From Longimicrobium sp. (lineage in GTDB: Bacteria; Gemmatimonadota; Gemmatimonadetes; Longimicrobiales; Longimicrobiaceae), in contig DASTVC010000747.1 of NCBI GenBank assembly GCA_035759295.1, positions 1 to 40,889 on the forward strand: a stretch of 40,889 bases of DNA, written 5' to 3'. This document shows, in pieces, positions 18,898 to 28,083 of the stretch. The notes under the pieces were generated by a model. The model made no database searches. It saw nothing but the letters and a program-made list of their open reading frames with translations, and had not been told where the DNA came from. The stretch's first letter is position 1, and each line of letters opens with the position of its first letter. The translations under genes and the position numbers were made by a program.

Positions 18898-19891
18898 TCC
18901 TGGTAGGATACCGCGCCCGGTACGCGTCCAGCGCCGCGCGGTGGATACGCTCCTTCTCCGGGCGCACTTCGGCAAGATGCTCGGGGGATTCGGTGGCGTC
19001 GATCCAGTCCGCCAATGGGTCGATGATCCAGTCCAGCAGCGAGGCGCGCGCGTAGAGTCGTAGCCGCTCGCGCACGCCCGCATCCGCGGTGACGGCGGGC
19101 GGCAGGGCGCGGTCGGCGGCGGTGCGCAGGTCGCCGCGCGCGGGGCCGAAGAGCATGCACCAGTCCATCGCCGGATCGCCCAGCGCCAGGTCGTCCCAGT
19201 CCAGCACGTACCACTCTCCGCGCGGCGTCACCAGCAGGTTGTTGAGCCACAGGTCGCTGTGCGTGGGCGCATCCGCCGGCTCCGCGAACGCCGGCGCGGC
19301 CGCGACCGCCGCCTCCAGCGCCAGCGCCTCGCCGCGCATCCACTCCACCAACGCCGGCGGCACGAACGGCGGCCGCTCCTCCGTGACGAACTCCAGGTCC
19401 GCGATGAAGCGTGCGTGGTAGGTGCCGCGGTACACGTCCGCGCACGTCGCCTGCACCGCGGGAAGGTGCGCGGCAAGCTCGTGATCGCCGTGCAGCCGGT
19501 CCATCGTCCGCACCACCTCCGCCGCCAGCCGCTCGTCCAGCGCCTCCGGCGGCGCCCCGTCGATCCATCGCGACAGCACGCCCGCGTAGCCGGAGCCGGG
19601 CACGTCGATCCACGCCAGGGCGCCGGGCGCGTGGTACCGGTCCGACATCATCTCCCGAAATCCCCAGAACCGACGCAGTGCATCGAGGATCTCCCGATCG
19701 TGGGCGAGCTTCAGGTGCAGCCGCGCGCGCCCGTCCGTCACCTGGAACGAGCGGTTTACGAAGCCGCCCCAGTTCAGCACGTACTCCACCCGCAGCCGCG
19801 CCGCATCCAGCCCCAGCTCCGCGGCGCGCGATGCGAGCTGTTGGTGGACGAGCGACTGCAGACGGGGCAGGTCCATCGGACGATCGATCAT
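18890..19891 (-). CDS. Aminoglycoside phosphotransferase / choline kinase-like protein
   Basis: GGFVNRSF N-lobe, LHLK, HSDLWLNNLL (Brenner motif), LDWD, GDPAMD. Confidence 0.8.
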   Translation of the reverse strand: MIDRPMDLPRLQSLVHQQLASRAAELGLDAARLRVEYVLNWGGFVNRSFQVTDGRARLHLKLAHDREILDALRRFWGFREMMSDRYHAPGALAWIDVPGSGYAGVLSRWIDGAPPEALDERLAAEVVRTMDRLHGDHELAAHLPAVQATCADVYRGTYHARFIADLEFVTEERPPFVPPALVEWMRGEALALEAAVAAAPAFAEPADAPTHSDLWLNNLLVTPRGEWYVLDWDDLALGDPAMDWCMLFGPARGDLRTAADRALPPAVTADAGVRERLRLYARASLLDWIIDPLADWIDATESPEHLAEVRPEKERIHRAALDAYRARYPTRSE

Positions 19892-20072
19892 CCCGGGTTC
19901 GATGCATGGGGTTGGACGTACGCTTGCAACCCTCGCTCCGGTGCGTGCGCGGTGCCAGGGCAGATCGCTGGTGTATTGATCTGGTGAAGGACGCGATCGC
20001 GGAACCTGCGCACCCGATGGCGCGGTACACGTCGCCCGGGTTTTCGATCACGTCCTTCAGCCCGATCCGGCC

Positions 20073-20852
20073 ATGCGCGCATTCTCCCTCCTCGCGCTTT
20101 CCCTTCTCGCCCTGCCCGCTCCCGCGCAGGGCATCGTAGTCCCGGTCCGCTGCCAGGGCGAATGCACGCCCGGCTCGCTCACGGTCGATTCCGTGGCCGC
20201 GTGGGCCAACCTGGAGCACGGCCGGGCCATGACCTACGTGAACCACGTCTTCAGCAACGGATCGGATGAGGCGATCGACGGCGCCTTCTTCTTTCCCCTC
20301 CCCGCCGATGCAATCGTGGAGCGGATTACGGTTCGGCAGGGCGAGGATCTGCAGGTCTACAACGAATGGAGCGGGCCCCAGGAGTCGCGGTGGATACTGG
20401 AAGGGCTCGCCCGCGAGCGGCGGGATGCGCGGCTGCGCGAGTACGCGGGCGCCGCCGTGGTGCACGTGCGCATCCCCGCCATCCCCGGGCACGGGGTAAA
20501 GCACATGCAGATCGGCTACTCGCAGCCGCTGCGCGCGGAGGGCGGGGTGATCGCGTACCGCTATCCGCTCTCCCTGGCCGCCGCTGCGCCCGCCGGCCAC
20601 GTCAGGTTCGGGATGACGATCAAGACGGAGGCGGGCTTTCGCGACGTGGGCTCGCCCAGCCACGCGGTGGACGTGCAGTGGGGCATGGAGCCCGGCCCCT
20701 GCCTTCCCCGGGAGCGCTGCGGCACCCGCGGCTTTCCCTCCGAGCGCGTGCGGGTGATCCGCCTGCTGGACGGCGAAGGCGGGCGCCTCCGCGACTTCGA
20801 GCTGCGCTACACGCCCGCACCAGCGGAGCGCGACGCGGCGTCGGTGCCGTAG
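20073..20852 (+). CDS. Secreted VIT (vault inter-alpha-trypsin) domain protein without a vWA domain
   Basis: Signal peptide, HVFSNGSDEAIDGAFFFPLPADA, YSQPL, YRYPL, SPSHAV, RDFELRY. Confidence 0.7.
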   Translation: MRAFSLLALSLLALPAPAQGIVVPVRCQGECTPGSLTVDSVAAWANLEHGRAMTYVNHVFSNGSDEAIDGAFFFPLPADAIVERITVRQGEDLQVYNEWSGPQESRWILEGLARERRDARLREYAGAAVVHVRIPAIPGHGVKHMQIGYSQPLRAEGGVIAYRYPLSLAAAAPAGHVRFGMTIKTEAGFRDVGSPSHAVDVQWGMEPGPCLPRERCGTRGFPSERVRVIRLLDGEGGRLRDFELRYTPAPAERDAASVP

Positions 20853-21068
20853 CGCAGCAGCGCTGCGGTATTCCGACTCCTGAGCCATCAGGCTGACACG
20901 AACGAAAAACGAACCGTCGCATCGAGAATTGTTCGATGCGGCGTTTGGTCTGACGCAGAATCCTCGCTCCTCGGCCTGATCGCCGGTAGGTTGGCGGTGA
21001 CCCACCCGGCGCGCAGCAGCCACGCACCCCGTGCGTGTGCCCCTCCGCGCGAAACTGGAGGACGTTCG

Positions 21069-21674
21069 ATGCATCCCTCCCATGTCCTCCACGCCGCGCG
21101 GCTCTGCGCAGCCCTCCTGCTCGCCGGCTGCTCTCCGTTGCGAAGCGGCGGCGCGGCGGCGTCCGTGTCCGCCGACACCGTAGTGCACGGCGAGGGACTT
21201 ATCCTGGGGGCGGAGGAGGGTGAGCGCAGAGTGCGCCGCCCGCGCCCCGGCGGAACCGCTGGGCTGACGGCGCCGTTCATCCTGAAGGTAGACGAGCGGA
21301 ACGGAGGCTCGCCCGACCTGGTGATGGGATACGAAGACATCCCGCCGGGGGAGCGCATTCAGCCGCACCAGCATCTGCACGCGGACGAGATCATCTTCGT
21401 GCACAGGGGGAGCGGCGTGGCCACGCTGGGCGGACGCGAGGGGGCGATCAGCGCCGGATCCACCGTCTACATCCCCCGAAACACCCGCGTCAGCCTTCGA
21501 AATACCGGCTCGGAGCCGCTGGGCATCGCCTTCATCTTCTCGAAACCCGGTTTCGAGCAGCTGATGCGCGAGAACTCGGTGCCCGAGGGCCAGCCCGCGA
21601 CCCCCGTCTCTGCCGAGGAGTTCGCGCGGATCCGCGCACGTCACCGATGGCACACTGTCTACGACCAGCCGTAG
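21069..21674 (+). CDS. Cupin-domain lipoprotein
   Basis: Lipobox LLLAG-C, cupin motifs PHQHLHADEIIFVHRGSG and GSTVYIPRNT. RBS GGAGG. Confidence 0.82.
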   Translation: MHPSHVLHAARLCAALLLAGCSPLRSGGAAASVSADTVVHGEGLILGAEEGERRVRRPRPGGTAGLTAPFILKVDERNGGSPDLVMGYEDIPPGERIQPHQHLHADEIIFVHRGSGVATLGGREGAISAGSTVYIPRNTRVSLRNTGSEPLGIAFIFSKPGFEQLMRENSVPEGQPATPVSAEEFARIRARHRWHTVYDQP

Positions 21675-21807
21675 CCGGCTGGCAGCGGGCGCCGGACGCA
21701 TCGCGGCGGCGCGTGCGGCGGGTGATTGCGCGTAAGGGAGGCAACGACGGAAGCTCATCGACAGACGGAGGCCGCCGTGCGCGTTCTATCAGACCTCTTC
21801 ACACAAG

Positions 21808-21948
21808 GCGGGCGATCACTTTCTCGACCAGTTCGTGGTGCCCTACGCGTATGGCGGAACGCTGCGGTTCGAGTCGGGTGCGCACTACGAATTCAACGTT
21901 CTTTCCGAGCCGGATGGATGGAGCGTCCACCTGCACCAACGCTTCTGA
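21808..21948 (+). pseudogene. C-terminal remnant paralogous to the 34579-35346 membrane protein
   Basis: Manual translation AGDHFLDQFVVPYAYGGTLRFESGAHYEFNVLSEPDGWSVHLHQRF* aligns to AGDHFLDRFVVPFRYGGWVRFPSGPRFEFTVWPERLTGGWNVDL. In-frame stop at 21733 and no upstream start. Confidence 0.8.
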
Positions 21949-22017
21949 GCCCCCCGGCGCCGGTAGCGACGCTGCCGGACGATTGCGCTCCGCCCCTTCC
22001 GCGCGATGACCAGGAAT

Positions 22018-22251
22018 ATGAAAACGACGATTTCTCTTCCCGATGAGCTGTTCTTCGCCGCCGACGCACTCGCGCGCCGGCTGGGCGTGAGCCGCAGCGA
22101 TCTGTACGCGAGCGCTCTGGCTGAATTCGTTGCGAAGCACACCCAAGCCGAGATCACTACGCGGTTGGACCAACTCTACGCCACGCAGTCCAGTGACCTC
22201 AATCCGGCTTTTCGTCGCGCGCAGCGCCGCTCGCTGGCGGAGGAGTGGTAA
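22018..22251 (+). CDS. CopG/RHH-type antitoxin (MazE/ChpI-like), orphan
   Basis: MKTTISLPDELF..ADALARRLGVSRSDLYASAL RHH pattern, EITTRLDQLY tail ending in EW. Confidence 0.8.
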   Translation: MKTTISLPDELFFAADALARRLGVSRSDLYASALAEFVAKHTQAEITTRLDQLYATQSSDLNPAFRRAQRRSLAEEW

Positions 22252-22327
22252 TCGCTGTGACTGACGTATAGGCGAGGCGAAGGTTGAGCGCGGCAGGCGA
22301 TCTGACTACGGCTGTTCTCGATCGATG

Positions 22328-23716
22328 TCACGCCGCCACGGCGTGCCGTTCCTCGAAATCCGCCGTTTCGCCGCGGAACTCGGCGAGGAGCTCGATGAGG
22401 CGCGACACGTCGGATTCGGCGCTGGCCATGCCCAGCGAGACGCGGATGGCGCCGACGGGGCGGCCGCGCATGCACGCCCGCAGCCGGTCCAGGTCGAATC
22501 CCTCCGCTTCCGCCGCGCCGAAGCAGCGCGCCGCCTCCTCTGGCGTGAAACCGAAGGCGTGCTCAGCCGCGCCGGGGTTGCAGAAGCATCCGCCGCGCAC
22601 GGAGATCCCCGCCGCGCCCGCCCGCGCCTCCACCACGCGATAGTCCACGACCGAGCCGTCCGGCCGCAGAAGGTTCAGCGCCACGGTCCCGCCGCGCTCA
22701 CGCATCCCCGCTGGTCCGTAGATGTCCACCATCGGCGCGCCGCACGGGTGGCGCAGCTCCCACAGCGCGTGCAGCAGGATGCGCGTCAGCCCGCCGACGT
22801 GCGCGCCCAGCCGATCCATCCCGATCCGCTCCATCATCCCCAATCCAGCCTCGACCGCGGGTGCGGCGAGAAAGTTCGGGGTGCCATCCTCGAAGCCTTC
22901 GGCGCCACGCCGCAGCAGGTGCGTGCCCGTCTGCGTGGAGACGAAATCCACCGTCCCGCCGGCGAACCATGGGCGCTCCAACCCCTCCAACGCCTCACGC
23001 CGCGCGATCAGCGCGCCGATACCGGTCGGGTAGCCGAACATCTTGTAGAACGAGAGCGCGACGAAGTCCGCCGGCACCTCCCGCAGCGAAAGCCGGCTGG
23101 TGGGCGCGTACGCGGCCGCATCAACCAGCACGTGGAACCCCCGCTCCCGCGCCTCACTGACGAGGCGCAGCGGGTGGCGTACGCCGGAGAAGTTGGACTG
23201 CGCCGGGAACGCGAACAGGTGCGGATGATGAGGATCCGCATCCGCCAGCGCCTGCTCCACGCCGCGCAGCCGCAGCTCGGCGTCCAGCGGGATGTAGCGC
23301 ACCTCCGCGCCCCGGCGCCCGGCGAACTGGCGGATGCCGTTTACGGAGTTGTGGTTGTCGGCGGAGAGGACGAAGCGCGAGCCGGGGACGAAGGGGAACG
23401 CCTCGCCCACCAGCCGCAGCGCCCCGCTGCAGTTGGCGGTGAAGCAGACCTCGTATTCCGCCGGGTCTGCATCGAAAAAGCGGAGAACGGCGGCCCGCGC
23501 ACCCTCCAGCATCCCGGTGCTGGCACGCGAGGCCGGACTGTCGGAATGCGGGTTGCCGAACACGCCATCGCGCAGCAACTCGGCGTGTGCGCGGACGAGT
23601 GAATCGGGATACAGCGCGCTGCCGGTGTAGTCCAGGTACACGTCGCCGCGCGCGTCCAGCCGGGCGAACTCGCGCGCCCGCAGCGCCCGGAAGTCGGTGT
23701 CGATGTTGATCATCAC
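22328..23716 (-). CDS. PLP-dependent class V aminotransferase, cysteine desulfurase of the molybdenum-cofactor-sulfurase type
   Basis: VYLDYTGSALY, FGNPHS, DNHNSVNGIR, PAQSNFSG, DAAAY, SFYKMFGYPTGIGAL (PLP Lys), RGGCFCNPG (catalytic Cys), GAIRVSLG. Confidence 0.88.
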   Translation of the reverse strand: MMINIDTDFRALRAREFARLDARGDVYLDYTGSALYPDSLVRAHAELLRDGVFGNPHSDSPASRASTGMLEGARAAVLRFFDADPAEYEVCFTANCSGALRLVGEAFPFVPGSRFVLSADNHNSVNGIRQFAGRRGAEVRYIPLDAELRLRGVEQALADADPHHPHLFAFPAQSNFSGVRHPLRLVSEARERGFHVLVDAAAYAPTSRLSLREVPADFVALSFYKMFGYPTGIGALIARREALEGLERPWFAGGTVDFVSTQTGTHLLRRGAEGFEDGTPNFLAAPAVEAGLGMMERIGMDRLGAHVGGLTRILLHALWELRHPCGAPMVDIYGPAGMRERGGTVALNLLRPDGSVVDYRVVEARAGAAGISVRGGCFCNPGAAEHAFGFTPEEAARCFGAAEAEGFDLDRLRACMRGRPVGAIRVSLGMASAESDVSRLIELLAEFRGETADFEERHAVAA

Positions 23717-23725
23717 CGCCTCCCC

Positions 23726-24367
23726 TCAGCAGCCACGGCGGCGGACGCGGCGCACTGCAGCCGCGCTCCCGCCCTCCGCCGATGCGCCCGGGAGCGCGGC
23801 GGACGCGTCCCCATCCACCGAAGCGCCGCCCCCTGCCCGCGGCACGCCGCCGAAGTAGCGGCTGAGCTCCGCCGCGGAGTCGAACGCGGCGCGATCTGCG
23901 GCTGACGCGCCGTCCGGAAGCACGGGCGTCATCACCTGCGTGAGCCACTCGTAGAGGCCTTCGCGGAGGAAATAGACCCGCTTTACGCCACGCGCGCGCA
24001 GAAGGAACCACCCCTGCGCTGCGTGCGCGCCGCCTTCCGAGTACAGTACCACAGTCTCGTCCGGGCGGATGGCGGCGCGCGTCAGGGCGGTGAGCGACAG
24101 GTTCTCGGCCGTGGGAATTGCGTAGTCCGCGAACTCCGCCGGCGTGCGCACGTCGACGATGCGGAGCCCCTCGCGGCCGTCGCGGATCCACGCCGCCAGC
24201 TCGCGCGCGGTCACGTGGTCCGCTTCCGCCTCCACCTCTCGCGCCAGCGCGACGACATCCACCCCCTGGCGCGTGGCGCCCGCCCCGCCCGCCACCAGCG
24301 CGAGCGCGCCGAGCGTGGCCGCCGCGATGGCCAGCAGCCGGTGCGCGCGCGGCGCCCGCCCGCTCAC
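23726..24367 (-). CDS. Exported or membrane-anchored single-domain rhodanese-like protein
   Basis: N-terminal hydrophobic helix, IVDVRTPAEFADYAIPTA, VYFLREGLYEW. The GTG start overlaps the upstream TGA. Ends in RRRGC. Confidence 0.8.
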   Translation of the reverse strand: MSGRAPRAHRLLAIAAATLGALALVAGGAGATRQGVDVVALAREVEAEADHVTARELAAWIRDGREGLRIVDVRTPAEFADYAIPTAENLSLTALTRAAIRPDETVVLYSEGGAHAAQGWFLLRARGVKRVYFLREGLYEWLTQVMTPVLPDGASAADRAAFDSAAELSRYFGGVPRAGGGASVDGDASAALPGASAEGGSAAAVRRVRRRGC

Positions 24368-24960
24368 GACGCACCTCCCGGGCGGAGCGCCGCGCGCCGC
24401 TCGAATGCCTCCACTCCCGCGAACGCGCCGAGCGCCATCGCCACCACCGCGGCCACCACGGTGCCCGGCGGGACGCGCAGCAGGTCGGGAAAGGTCAGCG
24501 TCCCGGCGGGCGTGGCCTCGTACAGCTGGTCGATCAACGGAAAGGCCGCGGCGAAGAGGAGGATGCCCGCGAGCATTCCGCCCATCACCGCCAGCCCGTC
24601 CCGGCGTCCCGCTGCCGCCGCCACGCACGACGTGCCGGGGCAGAGGCCGCCCGCCACCATCCCCACGCCGAAGAGCGCGCCGCCGACCGCCTGCGGAAGC
24701 AGCCAGGTCTCCGGCACGTACACGCGCGCCGGATCCAGTATCCCCATTTGCGCCAGCCAGAACACGCCCAGCATGGCGGTGACGATGGCGCTGAACAGCA
24801 CCTTGAGCACGGTGAAATCCGTCCCGAAGAACTGGCCGGCGAGCCTGCGCGCGTTCCCCAGGCCGGCGCGCTCCAGCCCCCAGCCGAACGCGACGCCCAC
24901 GGCCAGCGCCACGCCCAGCCCCGCGGCGCCCGCGTCGGAGGCGAGGAAGGGAAGTGTCAT
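24364..24960 (-). CDS. YeeE/YedE family sulfur transport membrane protein (second half-size subunit)
   Basis: GVAFGWGLERAGLG, GGALFGVGMVAGGLCPGTS. ATGA overlap with the upstream gene. Confidence 0.87.
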   Translation of the reverse strand: MTLPFLASDAGAAGLGVALAVGVAFGWGLERAGLGNARRLAGQFFGTDFTVLKVLFSAIVTAMLGVFWLAQMGILDPARVYVPETWLLPQAVGGALFGVGMVAGGLCPGTSCVAAAAGRRDGLAVMGGMLAGILLFAAAFPLIDQLYEATPAGTLTFPDLLRVPPGTVVAAVVAMALGAFAGVEAFERRAALRPGGAS

Positions 24961-25532
24961 GTCCACTCCCTCCGGAACAGGGGCGCCGCCGCGAAGGCCG
25001 CCGCGAACGCGGTGGCGATGAAGATCCAGCTTCCCACGCTCAGCAGCGCGCCGCCGGTGAGCGCCTGCCCGCTGGTGCACCCGCGCGCCAGCTTCGCGCC
25101 GAGCCCCATCACCACGCCGCCGCCGAAGCCGTACATCAGCCGCGCCCGGTCCGTCACGCGCGGCCCGCGCTCCACGGTCCGCCGTGCGCGCCCCGCCAGC
25201 CGCGCGGAGAGGTATCCGCCCAGCGCGACGCCGATCAGCTCGATCACCAGCCAGTCGGCGAGCGGCCCGCGCCCGCCGCCGCCCAGGTATCCGCCGAGCA
25301 CCGGGCTCGCCGCCGCCTGCTCCGGCGCCACCGCCGCGACGCCCGCCACCGCGACGGAGGTGAACCCGCCGGACGCGCCCAGCCCGTGGCCGACGGTCAC
25401 GTACGCCGCCAGCAGCACCAGCCCGATCCCCACGCCCGCCAGGTACGGGCTCGCGTACGGCCGCGCGCGCACCGCCGGCGCCGGCATCGCGATCCGCGCG
25501 GGCGCCGCGGCGGCGAAATCAATCGCGCTCAC
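24957..25532 (-). CDS. YeeE/YedE family sulfur transport membrane protein (first half-size subunit)
   Basis: PYLAGVGIGLV, GLGASG, GGVVMGLGAKLARGCTSGQALTGGA. GTGA overlap with the sulfurtransferase stop. Confidence 0.87.
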   Translation of the reverse strand: MSAIDFAAAAPARIAMPAPAVRARPYASPYLAGVGIGLVLLAAYVTVGHGLGASGGFTSVAVAGVAAVAPEQAAASPVLGGYLGGGGRGPLADWLVIELIGVALGGYLSARLAGRARRTVERGPRVTDRARLMYGFGGGVVMGLGAKLARGCTSGQALTGGALLSVGSWIFIATAFAAAFAAAPLFRREWT

Positions 25533-26503
25533 CGGTCGCTCCCGCCGCGCGCCCGCGGGTTCTCCACCGGCAGATCCGCCCGCCCGCCCCACTCCTCGAA
25601 CGAGCCGTCGTACAGCTTTACCTCGTAGCCCAGCGTGCGCGCGGCGAAGAGGACCGCGGTGCCCTGCTGGCCGATGTGGCAGTAGGCGACGACGGTGTCG
25701 CCCGGGCGGATGCCGGCGTCGCGGAAGAGGGCCGCCAGCTCCGCCGCGCTGCGCACCCGCAGCTGGTCGTCGGTGATGGAGGTGAAGGGGATGCTGCGCG
25801 CGCCGGGGATGTGGCCGTGCCGATCGGCCGTGGCCTGCACGCCGTCGTAGAACACCGCCGCTCGCCCGTCCACGATCGCGATGCCGGGCGTGCGCAGGTT
25901 GCGGTGCACCCAGGCCGCGTCCACCACGCGGTCCTGCGTCCGCAGCGGGCTCAGCCGTCCCTGACGCGCGGCCGGCACGCGATCCGTCACCGCGTTCCCC
26001 GCCTGCCGCCACGCCTGCATGCCACCGTCCAGCAGCGAGGTGCGCGCCCCCAGCCCCGCGTGGTCCAGCGCGAAGATGACGCGGGTGCTGGGGCTCACCC
26101 AGTCGTTGCCGTAGTAGACGATGATCCGCGAGTCGTCGGAGATGCCGAGCCCCTGCAGCCGCTCGCGCAGGGTTTCCGGCGGCAGCGTCTGCAGCATCAG
26201 CTGGCCGTCCACGTGGCCGGTGGAGACGTCCTGCATCCGCACCAGCCGCGCGCCGGGGATGTGCGCCGCCGCGTACTGGTCCGGCTCGCCCACGTGCAGC
26301 AGGACGAGATTCGGGTCGTTCAGGTGTGCCGCCAGCCACGCGGGCGTCACCAGCAGCTGGTCGCGCGGCGTCTGTGCCGATGCCGGGTTCTCCGCGACGG
26401 GAAGCGCTTCGCGGGCAGGCAGGGCCGCGGAAAGCGAAATGGCGAGCCCCCCGACGACGGCCAGGGCTCCACAGGTTCGAATGGCGGGGGTCGTTTTGCG
26501 CAT
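25529..26503 (-). CDS. Tandem-domain rhodanese / sulfurtransferase with a signal peptide
   Basis: LVTPAWL, HIPGA twice, LDGG, active loop YCHIGQQG, YDGSFEEW. N-terminal hydrophobic signal. Confidence 0.9.
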   Translation of the reverse strand: MRKTTPAIRTCGALAVVGGLAISLSAALPAREALPVAENPASAQTPRDQLLVTPAWLAAHLNDPNLVLLHVGEPDQYAAAHIPGARLVRMQDVSTGHVDGQLMLQTLPPETLRERLQGLGISDDSRIIVYYGNDWVSPSTRVIFALDHAGLGARTSLLDGGMQAWRQAGNAVTDRVPAARQGRLSPLRTQDRVVDAAWVHRNLRTPGIAIVDGRAAVFYDGVQATADRHGHIPGARSIPFTSITDDQLRVRSAAELAALFRDAGIRPGDTVVAYCHIGQQGTAVLFAARTLGYEVKLYDGSFEEWGGRADLPVENPRARGGSDR

Positions 26504-26594
26504 CTCGGAAGGCTCCGAAGAGGGTGGATGATGCAGATCCGCGGTCGGATCGCGCCCTCACCCTGCCTTCGGCGCCCCCATCGCGCTACGCGCT

Positions 26595-26624
26595 TGCAGC
26601 GGATGATGCCGGTGATGCAGCGAA
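26595..26624 (-). promoter_or_regulatory. Candidate LytTR-binding direct repeat (9-N12-9)
   Basis: Minus strand TTCGCTGCA-N12-TCCGCTGCA, a 21-bp period, about 90 bp upstream of the sulfur operon and next to a LytTR system. Confidence 0.55.
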
Positions 26625-26964
26625 CCCTCTCCCACACCCGGCGGCGGCGCGGCGGACGCATTGAATCATCCCCCTGCACGCCCGCCGCCCGTCCCTGCAA
26701 CGCCACGCGCCTTCCCTGCATGGACCGCGTGATTCGCCCGCGCCGCGGTTCCGTCGGCACATCCCCGCGTGTACCTTGATGGGCGGTCGCGGCAACGCCC
26801 GCACGCGTCGGACGCGTGCTGGACCGTCGGCGCAGGCCGACATCGCGTTTTCCCAGCCGCGAATTCATTCGCCCGGGGATGATGCCGGCCACGGCGATCC
26901 GGAGGCCGATCCCCCGCATTCGCCCTTCCCGTCGTCGTAACCCCACGATCTTCACCCCCAACCC

Positions 26965-28083
26965 ATGCGACGCGACCCCGCCTCCGCGCACCAGGTGCGG
27001 ATCCCCGCCTGGCTCCTGGTCCTGCTGGCGACCCTGTTCGGGATCGCGGGTGCGCGGCAGCATGTGCTTTCGATGGGGATGCCGGACGGCCAGGTGGCGC
27101 CGTTCGCGCACGGGATGGCGATGCGGATGCCGTTCTGGTACCTGTGGGCGCTCGCCGTTCCCATGCTGCAGTGGTTCGCGCGCCGGTTTCCGCTGGAGCG
27201 CATGCGCTGGCTTTCGGGTGCCGCGCTCCACATCTGCGCCGGTTTCGCGTTCTCGATGGTGCAGTACGCGCTGGAGCTGGGCGTGCAGCGGATGCTCCCG
27301 CAGCGCCTGTTCACCATGGGCGATCCGTATCCCGGAAGCGCGCGGCAGTTCATCGCCAACGGCTGCACGCAGAACCTGGGGATCTACACGATCCTGCTGA
27401 CCGCCGTCTACTGCGCCGACTACTACGCGCGCTTTCGCGAGCGCGAGCTGGCCGCGTCTCAGCTCCAGGCCCAGCTGGCCCGCGCGCAGCTGCAGGCGTT
27501 GCGGATGCAGCTGAACCCACACTTCCTGTTCAACGCGCTCAACAGCATCTCCATGCTGGTGCGCGGCGGGCGGAATCCCGAGGCGGTGCGGATGCTGGCC
27601 GGCCTGGGCGACCTGCTGCGCTCCGTGCTGGAGGAGGACCGCCCCAGCGAGGTGCCGTTGCGCGACGAGCTGCACTTTCTGGAGCGATACCTGGAGATCG
27701 AGCAGATCCGCGCGGGACGGCTGAAGGTGACGATGGACGTGGCGGCGGAGACGATGGATGCGCGCGTGCCCAACCTCATCCTGCAGCCCATCGTGGAGAA
27801 CGCCATCCGCCACGGCATCGCCCGCAGCAGCACGGCCTCGCTGGTGGAGATCGGCGCGCGGCGCGAGAACGGCTCGCTGCTCCTCTCCGTCCGCGACGAC
27901 GGCCCCGGCGTGGGCGAGGACGGGCGCGAGGGCGTGGGGCTGCGCAACACCCGCGCGCGCCTGGCGGGGATGTACGGCGACGCGCAGGGGCTGGAGCTGG
28001 CGAACGTGGAGGAAGGCGGCGCGCTGGTGACCATCCGCCTCCCCTTTCTGCGCGGCGACGCCGTCGAGGAGGCGCCCCGGTGA
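26965..28083 (+). CDS. LytS/YehU-type membrane sensor histidine kinase
   Basis: About four TM helices, LQALRMQLNPHFLFNALNSI, YLEIEQIR, LQPIVENAIRHG, DDGPG, GVGLRNTRARL. Confidence 0.93.
   Translation: MRRDPASAHQVRIPAWLLVLLATLFGIAGARQHVLSMGMPDGQVAPFAHGMAMRMPFWYLWALAVPMLQWFARRFPLERMRWLSGAALHICAGFAFSMVQYALELGVQRMLPQRLFTMGDPYPGSARQFIANGCTQNLGIYTILLTAVYCADYYARFRERELAASQLQAQLARAQLQALRMQLNPHFLFNALNSISMLVRGGRNPEAVRMLAGLGDLLRSVLEEDRPSEVPLRDELHFLERYLEIEQIRAGRLKVTMDVAAETMDARVPNLILQPIVENAIRHGIARSSTASLVEIGARRENGSLLLSVRDDGPGVGEDGREGVGLRNTRARLAGMYGDAQGLELANVEEGGALVTIRLPFLRGDAVEEAPR

Noticed and set aside
18890-19891. Antibiotic resistance gene (APH)
   Set aside because: Only generic kinase-superfamily motifs are visible, so the substrate cannot be assigned.
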